Assembly: GCA_963667785.2 (NCBI GenBank)
Contig: CAXXMU010000005.1
Coordinates: 403,786 to 467,785 of the forward strand
DNA from: Alphaproteobacteria bacterium
Lineage (GTDB): Bacteria > Pseudomonadota > Alphaproteobacteria > UBA828
DNA length: 64,000 nt
Direction of reading: 5' to 3'
Each line of letters opens with the position of its first letter. Position 1 is the stretch's first letter. The position numbers and the translations under genes were made by a program. The notes under the pieces were generated by a model. It saw nothing but the letters and a program-made list of their open reading frames with translations. It was not told where the DNA came from and did not search any database. Below, piece after piece: positions 1 through 9,007 of the stretch.

Positions 1-590
1 AGCCGCTGCCGAGCCACGTGAAGAGCCGCTCCGACCGGGTGCGCGCGGGCTTCGGCACTATCGCCCGCCTCGTCGCCTCGGGCGCCGAGATCTACGCGGC
101 GAAGATGTCCTACGCCGAGGCCGAGCGCCGCATCGACGAGCTCTACCGGCCCTACCACCGGGCGCTCGAGGGCCTGATCGAGACGACGCTGCGCGACTTC
201 GGCGCGGCGTTCCTGTTCGACTGCCACTCGATGCCCTCGGTCGGCGGGCCGACCGACCGCGACCGCGGCACGCCGCGCCCCGACATCGTGCTGGGCGACC
301 GCTTCGGCGCCTCCTGCGAGCCCCGAGTGATCGAGACGGCGGAGCGCATCCTCCGCGATCTCGACTTCTCGGTCAGGCGCAACGAGCCCTATGCCGGCGC
401 CTTCACCACCGCCCATTACGGGCGGCCCGGCCAGCGCGTCCACGCGATCCAGATCGAGGTGAACCGCCGCCTCTACATGAACGAGGCCACCGTCGCCCGC
501 TCCCGCGACCTGCCCCGGCTCAAGCGGAAGATGAACCGCTTCATCGCCGCGATGGCGGAGGAGAGCCTGGCTCTCGTGGAGACTCTCTGA
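1..590 (+). CDS. N-formylglutamate amidohydrolase (5'-truncated by window edge)
   Basis: Motifs YRPYH, DCHSMPS, DIVLGDRFGAS, NEPYAG and HAIQIEVNRRLYMNE. The frame is open from the window start. Confidence 0.9.
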   Translation, partial: PLPSHVKSRSDRVRAGFGTIARLVASGAEIYAAKMSYAEAERRIDELYRPYHRALEGLIETTLRDFGAAFLFDCHSMPSVGGPTDRDRGTPRPDIVLGDRFGASCEPRVIETAERILRDLDFSVRRNEPYAGAFTTAHYGRPGQRVHAIQIEVNRRLYMNEATVARSRDLPRLKRKMNRFIAAMAEESLALVETL

Positions 591-605
591 GCGCGTCCGC
601 ATCTG

Positions 606-635
606 TTGTACGGGCGCCGTCCCTGGAATTATGAT
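606..635 (+). promoter_or_regulatory. Putative sigma70 promoter of the amide/urea ABC operon
   Basis: TTGTAC-N18-TATGAT, 50 nt upstream of the ATG at 686. Confidence 0.45.
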
Positions 636-685
636 GAGCCGACGGCGGCGCAAGGCCGCCCGGACATTTCGCACGGGAGCAGACC

Positions 686-1933
686 ATGAGACTGAGCCGC
701 AGACAGTTCTTCCAGGCCTCATCCGGCGCACTGGCCTTCGCCAGCCTGCCACACGTGCTGCGGCGCGCCGGCATCGCCGCCGAGGACCCGATCAAGGTCG
801 GCAACATCCTCGACCGCACCGGGATCCTCAACATCTACAGCCTGAAGCAGATCCAGGCGACGGCGATGGCGGTGGACGAGATCAACGCCGCCGGCGGCTT
901 GCTCGGCCGGCCGCTGGAGCTGGTGTTCTACGATTCCCAGTCCGACGGCCAGTACAACTCCCAGTACGTCACCGAGGCGCTGGTCAAGGACAAGTGCGTG
1001 GTGGTGCACGGCGGCATCACCAGCTCCTCGCGCGAGGTGATGCGCCCCATCGTCAACCGCTTCAAGGGCCTGCTCTTCTACAACTCGCTCTACGAGGGCG
1101 GCGTCTGCGACCGGCGCCACGTCTCGACCGGGATGGTGCCGGCGCAGCAGCTCGAGCCGCTCTTCGACTACGTGGTGAACGAGCTCGGCGGCAAGCGCAC
1201 CTACATCCTCGCCGCCGACTACAACTACGGCCACATCACGTCCAAGTGGATGCAGAAGTTCACCCGCGACAACGGCGGCGAGGACTTGGCGGTCGAGTTC
1301 TTCCCGCTCGACGTCACCAACTTCCAGCCGGCGATCTCGCGCATCCAGGCGGCCAAGCCCGACGTGGTCATGTCCGCGCTGGTGGGCGGCGCGCACATCG
1401 CCTTCTACCGCCAGTTCGAGGCCTCCATCGGCAAGGACAACATGATGCTGGCGTCGGGCTCCTACGGCGTCGGCCTCGAGCACACCCAGCTCAGCCCCGA
1501 GGAGGGCAACGGCATCATCCTCGCCACCTCCTTCGTGGACGATCTCGACACGGCCGAGGCCAAGGACTTCGTGAGCCGCTTCCACGCCTATACCGGCGAT
1601 ACCGGCTATGTCGGCGAGTACGGCGAATACGGCGAGCGCGGGGTCAAGGTCTGGGCCGAGGCGGTGCGCCAGGCGGGCGACGCCAGCTCGGACGCCGTGA
1701 TCGAGGCGCTGGCGTCGGGCAACGTCAGCGTCGTCGGCGCAGGCGGGCAGTACACCGTGGACGGGCAGACCAACCACACGACCATGGACATTCACATCGT
1801 CCGCGGCAACATGTCCCAGACCTTCGACGTGATCCGCTCGTTCTCGCAGCGCCCGCCGCTGGACACGCAGCAGGTCTGCGATCTCCACGCCAACCCGGAC
1901 GACAAGACCCAGTACGAGGTCGAGGTCGAGTAG
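686..1933 (+). CDS. Urea/short-chain amide ABC transporter substrate-binding protein (UrtA/AmiC-like), Tat-exported
   Basis: Twin-arginine signal SRRQFF. Motifs EINAAGGLLGRPLE, GGITSSSRE, YEGG and ADYNYG. Confidence 0.85.
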   Translation: MRLSRRQFFQASSGALAFASLPHVLRRAGIAAEDPIKVGNILDRTGILNIYSLKQIQATAMAVDEINAAGGLLGRPLELVFYDSQSDGQYNSQYVTEALVKDKCVVVHGGITSSSREVMRPIVNRFKGLLFYNSLYEGGVCDRRHVSTGMVPAQQLEPLFDYVVNELGGKRTYILAADYNYGHITSKWMQKFTRDNGGEDLAVEFFPLDVTNFQPAISRIQAAKPDVVMSALVGGAHIAFYRQFEASIGKDNMMLASGSYGVGLEHTQLSPEEGNGIILATSFVDDLDTAEAKDFVSRFHAYTGDTGYVGEYGEYGERGVKVWAEAVRQAGDASSDAVIEALASGNVSVVGAGGQYTVDGQTNHTTMDIHIVRGNMSQTFDVIRSFSQRPPLDTQQVCDLHANPDDKTQYEVEVE

Positions 1934-2147
1934 GAGGCGGGGAGTCGGGACATCGCCGTCGCCGCTGCGTCCCGCCGCGTCGGGCCGCAGCATGACGGCG
2001 GCATGACGACGACGTGACGGCAGCGGCGGTGCCCGGAGGCTAGAGAAGGCGAACGCCGGCGGCGCACCGTGCCGCCGGCGGCCCGCCCGGCGTTCGGATG
2101 CGTGCGTTCCGCCACGGCTCGGCCGGCCGGGGCGGCGGGGGTGACGA

Positions 2148-3008
2148 GTGGATCAGGTCGCGAACTATCTCTTCCAGATCGGCTTTTCCTTCTCGATCTT
2201 CATCCTGATCAGCCTCGGGCTCGCGGTCATCTTCGGCATGATGCGGGTCATCAACCTGGCGCAGGGCGAGTTCCTCATGCTCGGCGCCTACTTCTGCACG
2301 CTCTGCAACCACTTCGGCATCAACCTCTGGCTCTCGTTCATCCTGTCGGCGCTGGCCGTCGGCGTCTTCGGCATCATCGTCGAGCGCCTGGTCATCCAGT
2401 GGCTCTACGGCCGCATCATCGACACGCTGCTGGCCACTTGGGGGCTGAGCCTGCTGCTCGTCGGCGGCGTCACCACGATCTTCGGCCCCCAGACCGAGAG
2501 CGTCGCCGCGCCGCTCGGCAACGTCCAGGTGGGCGCCTTCGGCTTCCCCATCTACGGCCTCGTGATGATGGCGATCGCCGTGGCGGCGCTGGCTGCGGTC
2601 TATGCCTTCTGGCGCTTCACCCGCTACGGGCTGATCGTGCGCGGCACCATGCAGAACCCGACGATCTCCGCCGCGCTGGGGGTAAACCGCAGCCTCGTCT
2701 ACATGCTCACCTTCGCCTTCGGCTCGGCGCTCACGGGCCTCGCCGGCGCGGTTCTGGCGCCCATCGTCGGCGCCTATCCCACGCTCGGCATCGTCTACAT
2801 CGCCAAGGCCTTCATCACGGTCATCAGCGGCGGCCACCTGCCGCTGGTCGGCACGGTGAGCGCGTCCGGCCTCTTCAGCACCATCGACGGCATCGTCGCC
2901 ACCGTCTCCAGCTCGGTGATCGGCGAGATGACGGTGCTCTTCGTCGCCATCATCCTGCTGAGGCTGCTGCCGCTCGGCATCACCGGGCGCATGACGAGGG
3001 GCGTCTGA
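2148..3008 (+). CDS. Urea/branched-chain-type ABC permease (UrtB/LivH-like)
   Basis: SLGLAVIFGMMRVINLAQGEF and TLLATWGLSL motifs; hydrophobic protein. Confidence 0.9.
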   Translation: MDQVANYLFQIGFSFSIFILISLGLAVIFGMMRVINLAQGEFLMLGAYFCTLCNHFGINLWLSFILSALAVGVFGIIVERLVIQWLYGRIIDTLLATWGLSLLLVGGVTTIFGPQTESVAAPLGNVQVGAFGFPIYGLVMMAIAVAALAAVYAFWRFTRYGLIVRGTMQNPTISAALGVNRSLVYMLTFAFGSALTGLAGAVLAPIVGAYPTLGIVYIAKAFITVISGGHLPLVGTVSASGLFSTIDGIVATVSSSVIGEMTVLFVAIILLRLLPLGITGRMTRGV

Positions 3009-3011
3009 GCG

Positions 3012-4109
3012 ATGATCCACGGCATCGCGCTCATGCAGCACCCGAGCAAGCGGCCCAGATGGTGGTGGTGGGTCTTCATCGCGGGCCTCGCCGCCTTCTT
3101 CATCACCATGCCCTTCCACCTGGAAATCTTCGTCATCCTGGAGATGTCGCGCTTCTTCGGCATGGCGATGCTCGCGCTCAGCATGGGCTTCCTCTGGGGC
3201 TTCAGCGGCATCCTGAGCTTCGGGCAGACGGCGTTCTTCGGGCTCGGCGGCTACGGCTTCACCGTGCTCGCGCTGAATACGGGCGAGACCACGGGCTCGG
3301 TCTTCTTCGCCGTCGCCATCGCCGCCGCCGGCGCCGGCATCCTCGGCTACTTCATGATCTACGGCCGCATCAGCGAGATCTATCTGAGCGTCATCACCCT
3401 GGTCTTCACCCTGATCCTGGAGAAGGGCATCCGCGCCACCTCGGGCGACCAGTACGTCATCGGCAAGGTGCGGCTGAACGGGCAGAACGGGATCCCCACG
3501 GTGCCGCAGCTCGACGTGCCGTGGAACCCGTCGGTCCAGCTCGACATCAACTGGTTCTTCTGGACCGGCGCCGTGCTCATGATCCTGGTCTATGTCGGGC
3601 TCCGGCTCGTCCTCACCACGCCCTTCGGCCGGGTGCTGGTGGGGATCCGCGAGAACGAACGCAGGACCGAGCTGCTGGGCTACGACACGCGGCGCTACAA
3701 GCTCGCGGCCTTCATGCTGGCGGGCGGGGTGGCGGGCTTGGGCGGCGCCTTCTACGCGATCTCGATTCCGCTGGCGCACCCGGAGATGTTCAGCCTGGGC
3801 CGCGCCGCCGACGTCATCATGTGGGTGCTGGTGGGCGGCAGGGGGACGCTCATCGGGCCGATCGCCGGGGTTTTCGCCATCGAGCACTTCAAGGGCTGGC
3901 TCGGCACCCAGGGGGTGGGCCAGGTGACGCTGGTGCTGGGCACGGTGCTGATCCTCTTCGTCCTGGTCTTCCACAAGGGCCTGCTGCCGAGCGTCGGCTC
4001 GCTGCCGGGCCTCTGGGTGGATCGCGCGACAATCCGGCGCAGGCTGGGCGAGGCGATGGGCGGGCTGGTCCCGCGCGGCCGCCCGCCGGGCACGGGAGGT
4101 CGCCCGTGA
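3012..4109 (+). CDS. Urea/branched-chain-type ABC permease (UrtC/LivM-like)
   Basis: WGFSGILSFGQTAFFGLGGY, GIRENERRTELLGY and VGGRGTLIGP motifs. Confidence 0.9.
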   Translation: MIHGIALMQHPSKRPRWWWWVFIAGLAAFFITMPFHLEIFVILEMSRFFGMAMLALSMGFLWGFSGILSFGQTAFFGLGGYGFTVLALNTGETTGSVFFAVAIAAAGAGILGYFMIYGRISEIYLSVITLVFTLILEKGIRATSGDQYVIGKVRLNGQNGIPTVPQLDVPWNPSVQLDINWFFWTGAVLMILVYVGLRLVLTTPFGRVLVGIRENERRTELLGYDTRRYKLAAFMLAGGVAGLGGAFYAISIPLAHPEMFSLGRAADVIMWVLVGGRGTLIGPIAGVFAIEHFKGWLGTQGVGQVTLVLGTVLILFVLVFHKGLLPSVGSLPGLWVDRATIRRRLGEAMGGLVPRGRPPGTGGRP

Positions 4110-4846
4110 GCGAGGCAGTGCGCCAGGACGAGGTGATCCTCGAGACGAAGGCGCTCGAAAAACGCTTCGGCGGGGTGAGCGCCATCGCCGGCGTGGACTT
4201 CTCGCTCCGGCGGGGCGAGCTGCGCTGCCTGATCGGCCCCAACGGCGCCGGCAAGAGCACCTTCTTCAAGATGCTCACCGCCCAGCTCAGGCCGTCGGCC
4301 GGGCAAATCCTCTTCGACGGCCGCGACATCAGCCGCGCGCACCCGCACGAGATCTCGCGGCTCGGCATCGGCATCAAGAACCAGGTGCCGGACGTCTACG
4401 ACGGCATCACCGTGGACGAGAACCTGTGGCTGGCCGCGCGCTTCCGCCACGGCACGAAGGCCGCGCGCGCCAAGGTGGACGAAACGCTCGACCGGCTCGA
4501 GCTCGGCGACATCCGCTGGCAGATGCTGGGCGCGCTCGCCCACGGCCAGCGCCAGTGGGTCGAGTTCGGCATGCTCATGGCGCTGGAGCCCAGCGTGATC
4601 CTGCTCGACGAGCCGACCGCCGGCATGAGCATCGAGGAGACCAACCGCACGGCGGCGCTGATCCGCGAGGTGAACCGGACCACGACCATCGTCGTGGTCG
4701 AGCACGACATGCAGTTCATCCGCCAGATCGCCGACATCGTCACCGTGTTCCACCAGGGCCGCATCCTGGCCGAGGACAGCATGGCGCGCATTCAGGCCGA
4801 CCAGGCGGTGCGCGAGGTCTATCTGGGAGCGTCGGGTCTTGCTTGA
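4106..4846 (+). CDS. ABC ATP-binding subunit (UrtD/LivG-like)
   Basis: GTG at 4106 overlaps the upstream stop (GTGA) and follows a GGAGG RBS. Walker A GPNGAGKS, LLDEPTAG and VEHDM are present. This is the C-terminal part of the 2069..4846 ORF. Confidence 0.9.
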   Translation: MSEAVRQDEVILETKALEKRFGGVSAIAGVDFSLRRGELRCLIGPNGAGKSTFFKMLTAQLRPSAGQILFDGRDISRAHPHEISRLGIGIKNQVPDVYDGITVDENLWLAARFRHGTKAARAKVDETLDRLELGDIRWQMLGALAHGQRQWVEFGMLMALEPSVILLDEPTAGMSIEETNRTAALIREVNRTTTIVVVEHDMQFIRQIADIVTVFHQGRILAEDSMARIQADQAVREVYLGASGLA

Positions 4847-5531
4847 GGTGGAGGGCCTCGCCGCCGGCTACGGCCGCATCCCGATCCTGAACGGCATCGA
4901 CTTCGAGATCGGGCGGGGCGAGATCGTGGGCGTGCTCGGCCACAACGGCATGGGCAAGACGACGCTGCTCCGCACGCTGACGGGCGAGATCAGGGCCACC
5001 GGCGGCGCCATCCGCTTCGAGGGCGCCGACATCACCCGGCTCGCCATGCACCGCCGCGCCCGGCTCGGCATCGGCTACGTGCCGCAGGGCCGCGACATCT
5101 ACCCGCAGCTCAGCGTCATGGACAACCTGCGCATGGGGGAGATCGTCAGGCGCGGCCAGAGCGCGGTGCCGGAGCTGCTGGACTACTTCCCGGTGCTGCA
5201 GGCGCTCACGGAGCGGCCGGGCCGCGCGCTCTCCGGCGGCGAGCAGCAGATCCTGGCGCTCGCCCGCTGCCTCGCCGGCCGGCCGCGGCTGCTGCTGCTC
5301 GACGAGCCCACCGAGGGTATCCAGCCCTCCATCGTCGACCAGATCCAGGCCAAGCTCGCCGAGCTCGCCAAGGCGCTGGACCTCACCGTCCTGCTGGTGG
5401 AGCAGAACCTGCGCTTCATCGCCGCGCTCGCGGAGCGCGTGCTCATCATGCAGAAGGGCACCATCGTCGCCACCATCACGCCGGAGCAGCTCTCCGACCA
5501 GGCGATCGTGGACGAGTATCTGGGCATCTGA
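4839..5531 (+). CDS. ABC ATP-binding subunit (UrtE/LivF-like)
   Basis: GHNGMGKT, LSGGEQQ and LLLDEPTEGIQPS motifs. Confidence 0.9.
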   Translation: MLEVEGLAAGYGRIPILNGIDFEIGRGEIVGVLGHNGMGKTTLLRTLTGEIRATGGAIRFEGADITRLAMHRRARLGIGYVPQGRDIYPQLSVMDNLRMGEIVRRGQSAVPELLDYFPVLQALTERPGRALSGGEQQILALARCLAGRPRLLLLDEPTEGIQPSIVDQIQAKLAELAKALDLTVLLVEQNLRFIAALAERVLIMQKGTIVATITPEQLSDQAIVDEYLGI

Positions 5532-5546
5532 CGGCCGGGCGTCTTT

Positions 5547-5773
5547 CACCCCGGACCATGGTGCGGTGCAGGGCGCGCAGCGGGCGTGCGACGATCGCGC
5601 CATGCAGTGCGTGAGAGAACGGGGCGGGGCAGACGGGGCGACGGGGGGAGCCGCCCGGCGCCACCCCGCGGTCGTGGGATTCATCCCGGAAACCCGCTCG
5701 GATATCCCAGCGGAATCCCACCTTCTTCGGAAAATGTCCCGCGCGGAATCCCTTGCTATCCCGGCGAATCCCG
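5547..5773 (+). repeat. Dispersed ~220-bp intergenic element, copy A (phased ATCCC/GANTC array)
   Basis: Matches the reverse complement of 59831-60046. The first 24 nt (CACCCCGGACCATGGTGCGGTGCA) are identical, and the alignment is gap-free for ~175 bp at about 80% identity by hand count. Confidence 0.9.
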
Positions 5774-5838
5774 TCAGGGAGGGGGCACTGCCGAATCCCA
5801 CTTTCGCGCCGCGCTCCTGCCTGCCCCGCGCGAGACGC

Positions 5839-5916
5839 TGTGCCGCATAAAGTGCCGCGTTGTGCCGGATTGTGCCGGATTGTGCCGCCTAAAAAATTAA
5901 TTTACCGGCTGTGCCA
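5839..5916 (+). repeat. Phased GTGCCG direct-repeat array with AT-rich tract
   Basis: GTGCCG at 5840, 5852, 5862, 5872 and 5882, plus GTGCC at 5911. TAAAAAATTAATTTA lies at 5890-5904. Confidence 0.8.
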
Positions 5917-5978
5917 CTTTGCGCCCCCGTCGCCCGGCCGCGGGTCGCGCCGGCCATGACCCCGGCGAGAAACGCGGG

Positions 5979-7289
5979 CTAGAGGATGAACCTGCTGAGG
6001 TCCGCGTCCTTGGCAAGGTCGCCCACATGGGCCTCGACGTAGGCCGCATCGATGGTGATGGTCTCGCCGGAGCGGTCGGCGGCCTCGAAGCTGATCTCCT
6101 CCAGCAGCTTCTCCATCACCGTGTGCAGCCGGCGCGCGCCGATGTTCTCGACCGAGCGGTTGACCTCGGCGGCGAGGTCGGAGACCGCGTCGATGGCGCA
6201 GTCGCTGAAGTCCAGCGTCACGCTCTCGGTCTGCATCAGCGCCCGGTACTGGCGGATCAGGCTGTTCTCGGGCTCGGTCAGGATCTTCTTCAGGTCGTCG
6301 CGGGCGAGCGCCCTGAGCTCGACCCGGATCGGCAGCCGCCCCTGGAGCTCGGGCAGCAGGTCGGCCGGCTTCGCCAGGTGGAAGGCGCCAGACGCGATGA
6401 AGAGGATGTGGTCGGTGGTGATCGCGCCGTGCTTGGTGGAGACGGTGGTGCCCTCGATCAGCGGCAGCAGGTCGCGCTGCACGCCCTCGCGGCTCACGTC
6501 GGCGCCGAGCCGGTCGGAGCGGGCGCAGATCTTGTCGATCTCGTCGATGAAGACGATGCCGTCGTTCCCGGCGCTCTCCAGCGCGCTGCGCACGACCTCG
6601 TCCTGATCGAGCAGGCTGTCGCTCTCCTCGGCCATCAGCGCGTCATAGGAGTCCTCGACCGACATGCGCTTGATCTTCTTCTGCTCGCCGAAGGCCTTGC
6701 CGAACATCTCGCCGAGATTGACCATGCCCATCTGGGCGCCCGGCATGCCGGGGATCTCGAAGGTCGGCAGCGACGAGGCCGCGGATTCGCTCACCTCGAT
6801 GTCCACCTCCTTCTCGGCGAGCGTGCCTTCGCGCAGCATCTTGCGGAACTTGGTGCGGGTCTCCTTGCTCGCGTTCTTGCCCACCAGCGCATCGAGCACG
6901 CGCTCCTCGGCGTTGAGCTCGGCCCGGGCGGCCACCTCCTTGCGCATGCGCTCGCGGGTCATGTGGATCGAGATCTCCACCAGGTCGCGCACGATCTGCT
7001 CGACGTCGCGGCCGACGTAGCCGACCTCGGTGAACTTGGTCGCCTCGACCTTGAGGAAGGGCGCCTGGGCGAGGCGCGCGAGCCGGCGCGCGATCTCGGT
7101 CTTGCCGACGCCCGTGGGGCCGATCATCAGGATGTTCTTGGGCAGCACCTCCTCGCGCAGGTCGCCGGTGAGCTGCTGGCGCCGCCAACGGTTGCGCAGC
7201 GCGATCGCCACCGAGCGCTTGGCCTCGTCCTGGCCGATGATGAAGCGGTCCAGCTCGGAGACGATCTCGCGCGGGCTGAATCCACTCAT
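5979..7289 (-). CDS. hslU: ATP-dependent protease ATPase subunit HslU
   Basis: [38 protein letters not shown] and [10 protein letters not shown] motifs. Confidence 0.98.
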   Translation of the reverse strand: MSGFSPREIVSELDRFIIGQDEAKRSVAIALRNRWRRQQLTGDLREEVLPKNILMIGPTGVGKTEIARRLARLAQAPFLKVEATKFTEVGYVGRDVEQIVRDLVEISIHMTRERMRKEVAARAELNAEERVLDALVGKNASKETRTKFRKMLREGTLAEKEVDIEVSESAASSLPTFEIPGMPGAQMGMVNLGEMFGKAFGEQKKIKRMSVEDSYDALMAEESDSLLDQDEVVRSALESAGNDGIVFIDEIDKICARSDRLGADVSREGVQRDLLPLIEGTTVSTKHGAITTDHILFIASGAFHLAKPADLLPELQGRLPIRVELRALARDDLKKILTEPENSLIRQYRALMQTESVTLDFSDCAIDAVSDLAAEVNRSVENIGARRLHTVMEKLLEEISFEAADRSGETITIDAAYVEAHVGDLAKDADLSRFIL

Positions 7290-7849
7290 GGGCCGATCTT
7301 CTCGAGCACCAGCTCGGTGTTGGTGTAGATGCAGATGTCGGCGGCGATCGCCATCGCGCGGCGCGCCACCGCCTCGGCATCGAGGCCGTCGACGTCCACC
7401 AGCGCGCGGGCTGCGGCCAGCGCGAAGGGGCCGCCGGAGCCGATGCCGATCAGCCCGTCCGCCGGCTCAAGCACGTCGCCGGTGCCGGTGAGCACCAGCG
7501 AGACCTCGGAATCGGCGACCGCCATCATCGCCTCCAGCCGGCGCAGGTAGCGATCGGTGCGCCAGTCCTTCGCGAGCTCGACACAGGCACGGGTGAGCTG
7601 GCCCGGATGCTGCTCCAGCTTGCCTTCCAGCCGCTCGAAGAGGGTGAACGCATCGGCCGTGGCGCCGGCGAAGCCCGCGACGATGTTCCCCTCGCCGAGG
7701 CGCCGGACCTTGCGGGCGTTCGCCTTGATGACCGTCTGCCCGAGCGTGACCTGGCCGTCGCCCGCGACGACGACCTCGTCGCCCTTGCGGACCGACAGCA
7801 CCGTCGTCCCGTGCCACACCGGCCCGCGCTCCCGTTCCGTCTCGGTCAT
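7286..7849 (-). CDS. hslV: ATP-dependent protease peptidase subunit HslV
   Basis: [10 protein letters not shown] (N-terminal Thr nucleophile), [10 protein letters not shown] and [16 protein letters not shown] at 7849 follows an AGGAG RBS, and the gene overlaps hslU by 4 nt. Confidence 0.97.
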   Translation of the reverse strand: MTETERERGPVWHGTTVLSVRKGDEVVVAGDGQVTLGQTVIKANARKVRRLGEGNIVAGFAGATADAFTLFERLEGKLEQHPGQLTRACVELAKDWRTDRYLRRLEAMMAVADSEVSLVLTGTGDVLEPADGLIGIGSGGPFALAAARALVDVDGLDAEAVARRAMAIAADICIYTNTELVLEKIGP

Positions 7850-7907
7850 CCGCTCCTGCCGCGCCCGCGCGCGGCGCCCGATTGCACGCCGCCTGCCGCG
7901 CCGCACC

Positions 7908-7935
7908 ATGTGGGTATTCCTGGCGCCCGGTCAAG
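7908..7935 (-). promoter_or_regulatory. Putative RpoH (sigma32) promoter of hslVU
   Basis: CTTG-N17-CCCACAT on the minus strand resembles the alphaproteobacterial RpoH consensus and lies upstream of heat-shock genes. Confidence 0.6.
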
Positions 7936-7971
7936 GGCAGGACAGGAAAGGTCACGCGCTCATGCGCGCGC

Positions 7972-8000
7972 TTGACCGGGACGCGCGTTGCCTTTACATA
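7972..8000 (+). promoter_or_regulatory. Putative sigma70 promoter of rpmB
   Basis: TTGACC-N17-TACATA. Confidence 0.55.
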
Positions 8001-8031
8001 GCCCGCTCTCCCATCCACGGAGCGCGAGGCC

Positions 8032-8328
8032 ATGGCACGGCGCTGCGAGCTGACCGGCAAGGGCGTGCTGACCGGCAACAACGTAAGCCACGCCCACAAC
8101 AAGACCCGGCGGCGGTTTCTGCCCAATCTCCACGACAAGGCGCTGCACAGCGAGGCGCTGGGGCGCATGGTGCGGCTCCGCGTCTCTGCGAACGCCATCC
8201 GCACGGTGGAGCGCCACGGCGGCCTCGACGCCTACCTGCTGAAGACGTCGGACGACCGGCTCTCCCAGGGAGCGCGCCGCATCAAGCGCCAGGTGAGGAC
8301 CATCCTCGCGGCCAACGCCGCCGACTGA
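8032..8328 (+). CDS. rpmB: 50S ribosomal protein L28
   Basis: [33 protein letters not shown]. Confidence 0.99.
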   Translation: MARRCELTGKGVLTGNNVSHAHNKTRRRFLPNLHDKALHSEALGRMVRLRVSANAIRTVERHGGLDAYLLKTSDDRLSQGARRIKRQVRTILAANAAD

Positions 8329-8391
8329 TCCATCCTGTCGCAGACCCCGGCGCGTTGGCCCTGCGGGACCCGCGCCTTATAGTCCGCGGCC

Positions 8392-8985
8392 ATGAAGGCG
8401 CCCTTCCCGCTGTCGCTGCTGCTCCCCATCGCCGCGATGATGGCGGTGATCGGCGTCTCCAACGTCGCCGTCCAGCACGCGATCAACGATTGGCTGACCT
8501 GGGGCGCCTTCACCTATCCGCTCGCCTTCCTGGTGACCGACCTCACCAACCGGGCGTGGGGGCCGGGGCGGGCGCGCACGGTGGCCTATGTGGGCTTCCC
8601 CTTCGGAATCGGGCTTTCCATCCTGCTCGCGGTGGCGGCGGACATTCCGCTTTGGGACGGCGTGCGCGTGGCGCTGGCGTCCGGCTTCGCTTTCATCTGC
8701 GCGCAGCTCTTCGACATCGCGCTGTTCCACCGGCTGAGGCGCGGGCTCTGGTGGCGGGCGCCTCTGGTCTCGTCGCTCTCGGCATCGGCGCTGGATACCG
8801 CGATCTTCTTCAGCGCGGCCTTCGCGCTGACCGGCCTGCCGTGGGTGACGTGGGCGCTCGGCGATTTCGCGATCAAGGTGGGCATGGCGGCCTTCCTGCT
8901 GATCCCCTTCAGGCTGCTGATGCCCTGGATCGTGCCTTCCCTCTACGGCGACGCGCGGGCGGGCGCGCGCCATGCAGACCTCTGA
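8392..8985 (+). CDS. Queuosine precursor transporter (YhhQ/VUT family)
   Basis: LTWGAFTYPLAFLVTDLTNR, AQLFDI and WWRAPLVSS motifs. Confidence 0.85.
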   Translation: MKAPFPLSLLLPIAAMMAVIGVSNVAVQHAINDWLTWGAFTYPLAFLVTDLTNRAWGPGRARTVAYVGFPFGIGLSILLAVAADIPLWDGVRVALASGFAFICAQLFDIALFHRLRRGLWWRAPLVSSLSASALDTAIFFSAAFALTGLPWVTWALGDFAIKVGMAAFLLIPFRLLMPWIVPSLYGDARAGARHADL

Positions 8986-9007
8986 CGCTAAGTGAGACGA
9001 TAAACCC

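Noticed and set aside
636-685. Guanidine riboswitch ahead of the urea/amide ABC operon
   Set aside because: Only one short hairpin is present, with no twin ACGR loops or ykkC consensus.
5566-5850. Peptide similarity between ORF 5566..5850 (+) and the start of ORF 58966..60054 (-), e.g. DRAMQ...VVGFIP...IPAESH
   Set aside because: It is a by-product of the DNA repeat. Substitutions are mostly non-synonymous, the 11-bp indel shifts the frame, and starts and stops are not shared.
5547-5920. Possible CRISPR array or oriC
   Set aside because: Repeat units are 5-10 bp with no 25-40-bp repeat/spacer pattern and no cas genes. No DnaA boxes (TTATCCACA) or typical oriC flanking genes were seen.
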